Shown: one piece after another, positions 61,588 through 64,000 of the stretch
How the letters are laid out: each line of letters starts with the position of its first letter
Position numbering within the stretch: the first letter of the stretch is position 1
Assembly: GCA_043228905.1 (NCBI GenBank)
Contig: JBHGNT010000011.1
Span: 12,896,001-12,960,000, forward strand
Length of the DNA: 64,000 nt
Reading direction: 5' to 3'
Source: Azolla caroliniana
Taxonomy: Eukaryota > Plantae > Polypodiophyta
Notes under the pieces: generated by a model
Databases searched by the model: none
Told to the model about the DNA's origin: nothing
The model's input: the letters and a program-made list of their open reading frames with translations, nothing else
Position numbers and translations under genes: made by a program

Positions 61588-61900
61588 CTATGTTCGACTA
61601 GTTGTCAAGGCTTTGCGATTGAAACGGAATGACATGAAATGAAAATGCCCAAAGTAGCAAATTGAAATACTATTACATTCACAAAACCCAAAATGTTGGG
61701 ACATCACCAAGCTAATGCCAACATGCATCCAACCATATCTCACACTATACCACATAGTGTGAGAAAAACAATCAACCTTCACACTCGTATTTGTGATCTT
61801 GAAATTGAAAATGGAGCTTGTAGATGGAAAACTATAGAAACCCACATTGTCAAGAGGGTGAGGATGAGGAGCATATCACACTATGATGTCAAGCACTCAA
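61588..61900 (-). pseudogene. Possible SWIM zinc-finger / MULE transposase remnant
   Basis: ORF 61588-61845 contains FGFCECNSISICYFGHFH, resembling a decayed CxC...CxH SWIM motif. No other transposase motifs were confirmed. Confidence 0.3.
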
Positions 61901-62689
61901 AAGCACTAGACAATGCTGCCAAACATCAATTATCGCATGCACTAACCCCCAACACTATGCTAATAACCACATGCTCTTGAACATTGGATTACATTGAGTG
62001 CCTAGGAGTATGTGGTATGAAGTAGTGGGGGTGGTGGCTAGCTTCTCAACTTGCACTAGGAATGGCCTCATGAATGTTGCTCAACTTGTTTGTCAATACA
62101 AGTTCAAATGTCTAGCTAGGTATGATATTTTACAAGCGATGATTGTCTTGGTTTGTCTTGCCTTGTTTAGTTCTAAGGCCTCCAAACATAAGTGGGGTCA
62201 TCATTGTTATTGATCATTGCACCATGGCCATCATTAGAGACTTGCTAACTTGTTTGGTTTTTTCAGCCACAATTTATTGCTTTAGTATGCTAATAGTGTT
62301 TTACATAACAAAAATCACCCTTGAACTCTATTCGATTGAGCTTGCCTAGGTCATCTATCATAAATACTTATTTGGGTATAATTATGGTTTCCATAAGATG
62401 GAAGGAGAACACCAATTTTACTCATATTTATAGTACGATTATTTTCCGTACTGAGTGTATGGTTTAGATATTGATTTCATGGTGTATAATGTAAATTTAT
62501 GGGAGAGTGCTTGTATGTGTGTGAAAATGGATATAAATATCACATGACATCATGGTAATTGAATGGGGAATGTGATTTGTATTATGATATTCTCATTTCC
62601 AAACCTCCTAAGGTGAAACAAAGCTTCGCACAAGTGAAGCTGAAGGATGAGACACCTAATCGGATGCCAATAGAAGTAACAATAGATCA

Positions 62690-62694
<5 letters not shown>

Positions 62695-62733
<39 letters not shown>
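62695..62733. repeat. (GA)n microsatellite
   Basis: Directly visible run. Confidence 0.95.
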
Positions 62734-62740
<7 letters not shown>

Positions 62741-64000
62741 TGATTGATCATTACATTGAGTATTGCGACGTGGGAAAAGGAAACTATAGTTTCTTAAATC
62801 TCACTAAGGAGAATTGCAGACTACCTAACTACACTCGGGTTTTAGGTGTTGGTGAGTCTCGAAAAGAAAGTGATTCCTCTTTTGATGCATTTGCAATTTT
62901 TTATGGGGTACATTCTTTATTGGCAAGGTATTTTTTAGTAGAAAATTGCGACTTTGCATGATCGCAAACATTATTATAATGAACACATAATCAAACCCAT
63001 TGCTTGAGATTTGAATCCACAACCTCGAGTTCCAAAACACTAACTTTAAATCGAAGAAGTTTAATAAGGTGAGCTCATGAATCCATATTTATTTTAATAA
63101 GGCGAGCTCGTGGATTTATATTTAAAATTGAAGGCTTTGAATATAATAAGGTCGTGAATCTACAAGCAATAATTTGTTCGAGGTGGAGAATCGGGACATC
63201 TAGAATATTGCATATGATGTATAAAGACGGTTTTATCACATTGTGCTTTAGCGCACAATATAGTGTTTGTTATTATATTCAAATACATGTAGATAGTGTT
63301 GCATGATACATAGATACCTATTGGTGATTGCCGATCACTCTTTGTGTGTATTGATTGGTTGCTCTTTTATGTGACAAATGGGAAGTATGTTGATTTGTGG
63401 AATTCAATATTAATTCTTGTTTGCCCTCTCGTCTTCTTGTTTCTTGTGCTTGCTTATTCAATGTTTTTCCTTCTGGAATTGAAACTCGTATAACTACAAA
63501 TATACATATTCTCTAGTTTGGAATATGAAGTCTCAACTTCATCCTACACAAGGGTTCCTTTACTCTTCCATCTTCACACAAACTAATCCCTCAAAGTTAC
63601 GTTTAGAATATTATCATTCTATCTCACCAATTGACAATAATAGAGAGCCATTGCACTTTGATGAAATCAACAATTAGTCGTCATGGAGGACAACTAAAGT
63701 AGTTGCTTTCTGTGGAAGGAAATCAAAATTGAATAAGATAACATTCAATCAAAATGTTTGTTTTCAAACTCTCAAGCTTGAATGCAACCTGATCATTAGA
63801 ACAATGACATGTTTAAATTCAATGAATACTATCAATGTAAATGATCTTAGGTACATGGAAGGGAAAATACTTTGTGGCCATCACCTAAAATTGATTTGGA
63901 TTTACCTTCCACACAAATGTTCGCAAGACAAAACAAGAATTTCTAGTTGAGAGGATAATTTGACATGATGCGGAAACTTGAAATTTGAGAACAAGTAATC

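Overview
AT-rich eukaryotic nuclear DNA from a land plant. The long, intronless PLS-type PPR gene suggests a fern such as Ceratopteris, but this is inference only. Four host genes are supported: an intronless PLS-E PPR protein without a DYW domain (11478-14114, -), a 15-exon SAC/FIG4-type phosphoinositide phosphatase (29180-35933, +), a 13-coding-exon MEI2-like (AML) RRM protein (48936-53683, +), and a short ASC-domain-only SnRK1 beta subunit of the beta3 type (55783-56097, -). The rest is mostly transposon debris. A degenerate chromovirus (Ty3/gypsy) with a TGCAT target-site duplication (15000-21183) sits inside a LINE zinc-finger region. A nested, oppositely oriented pair of related Ty1/copia elements (6142-9634) may lie inside an older gypsy-like relic. 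There are several 5'-truncated LINE 3' ends, four of which share a terminal motif, two Mutator-like MITEs, intronic minisatellites and microsatellites. No rRNA, intact tRNA or CRISPR array was seen, and I found no clearly novel biological system. The best leads are the probable origin of the beta3 gene from a terminal exon, a triplicated splice donor in the SAC gene, a tRNA-like Pol III cassette in a PBS-less chromovirus leader, and candidate microexon/uORF control of gene leaders. All alignments and exon boundaries were read by eye.
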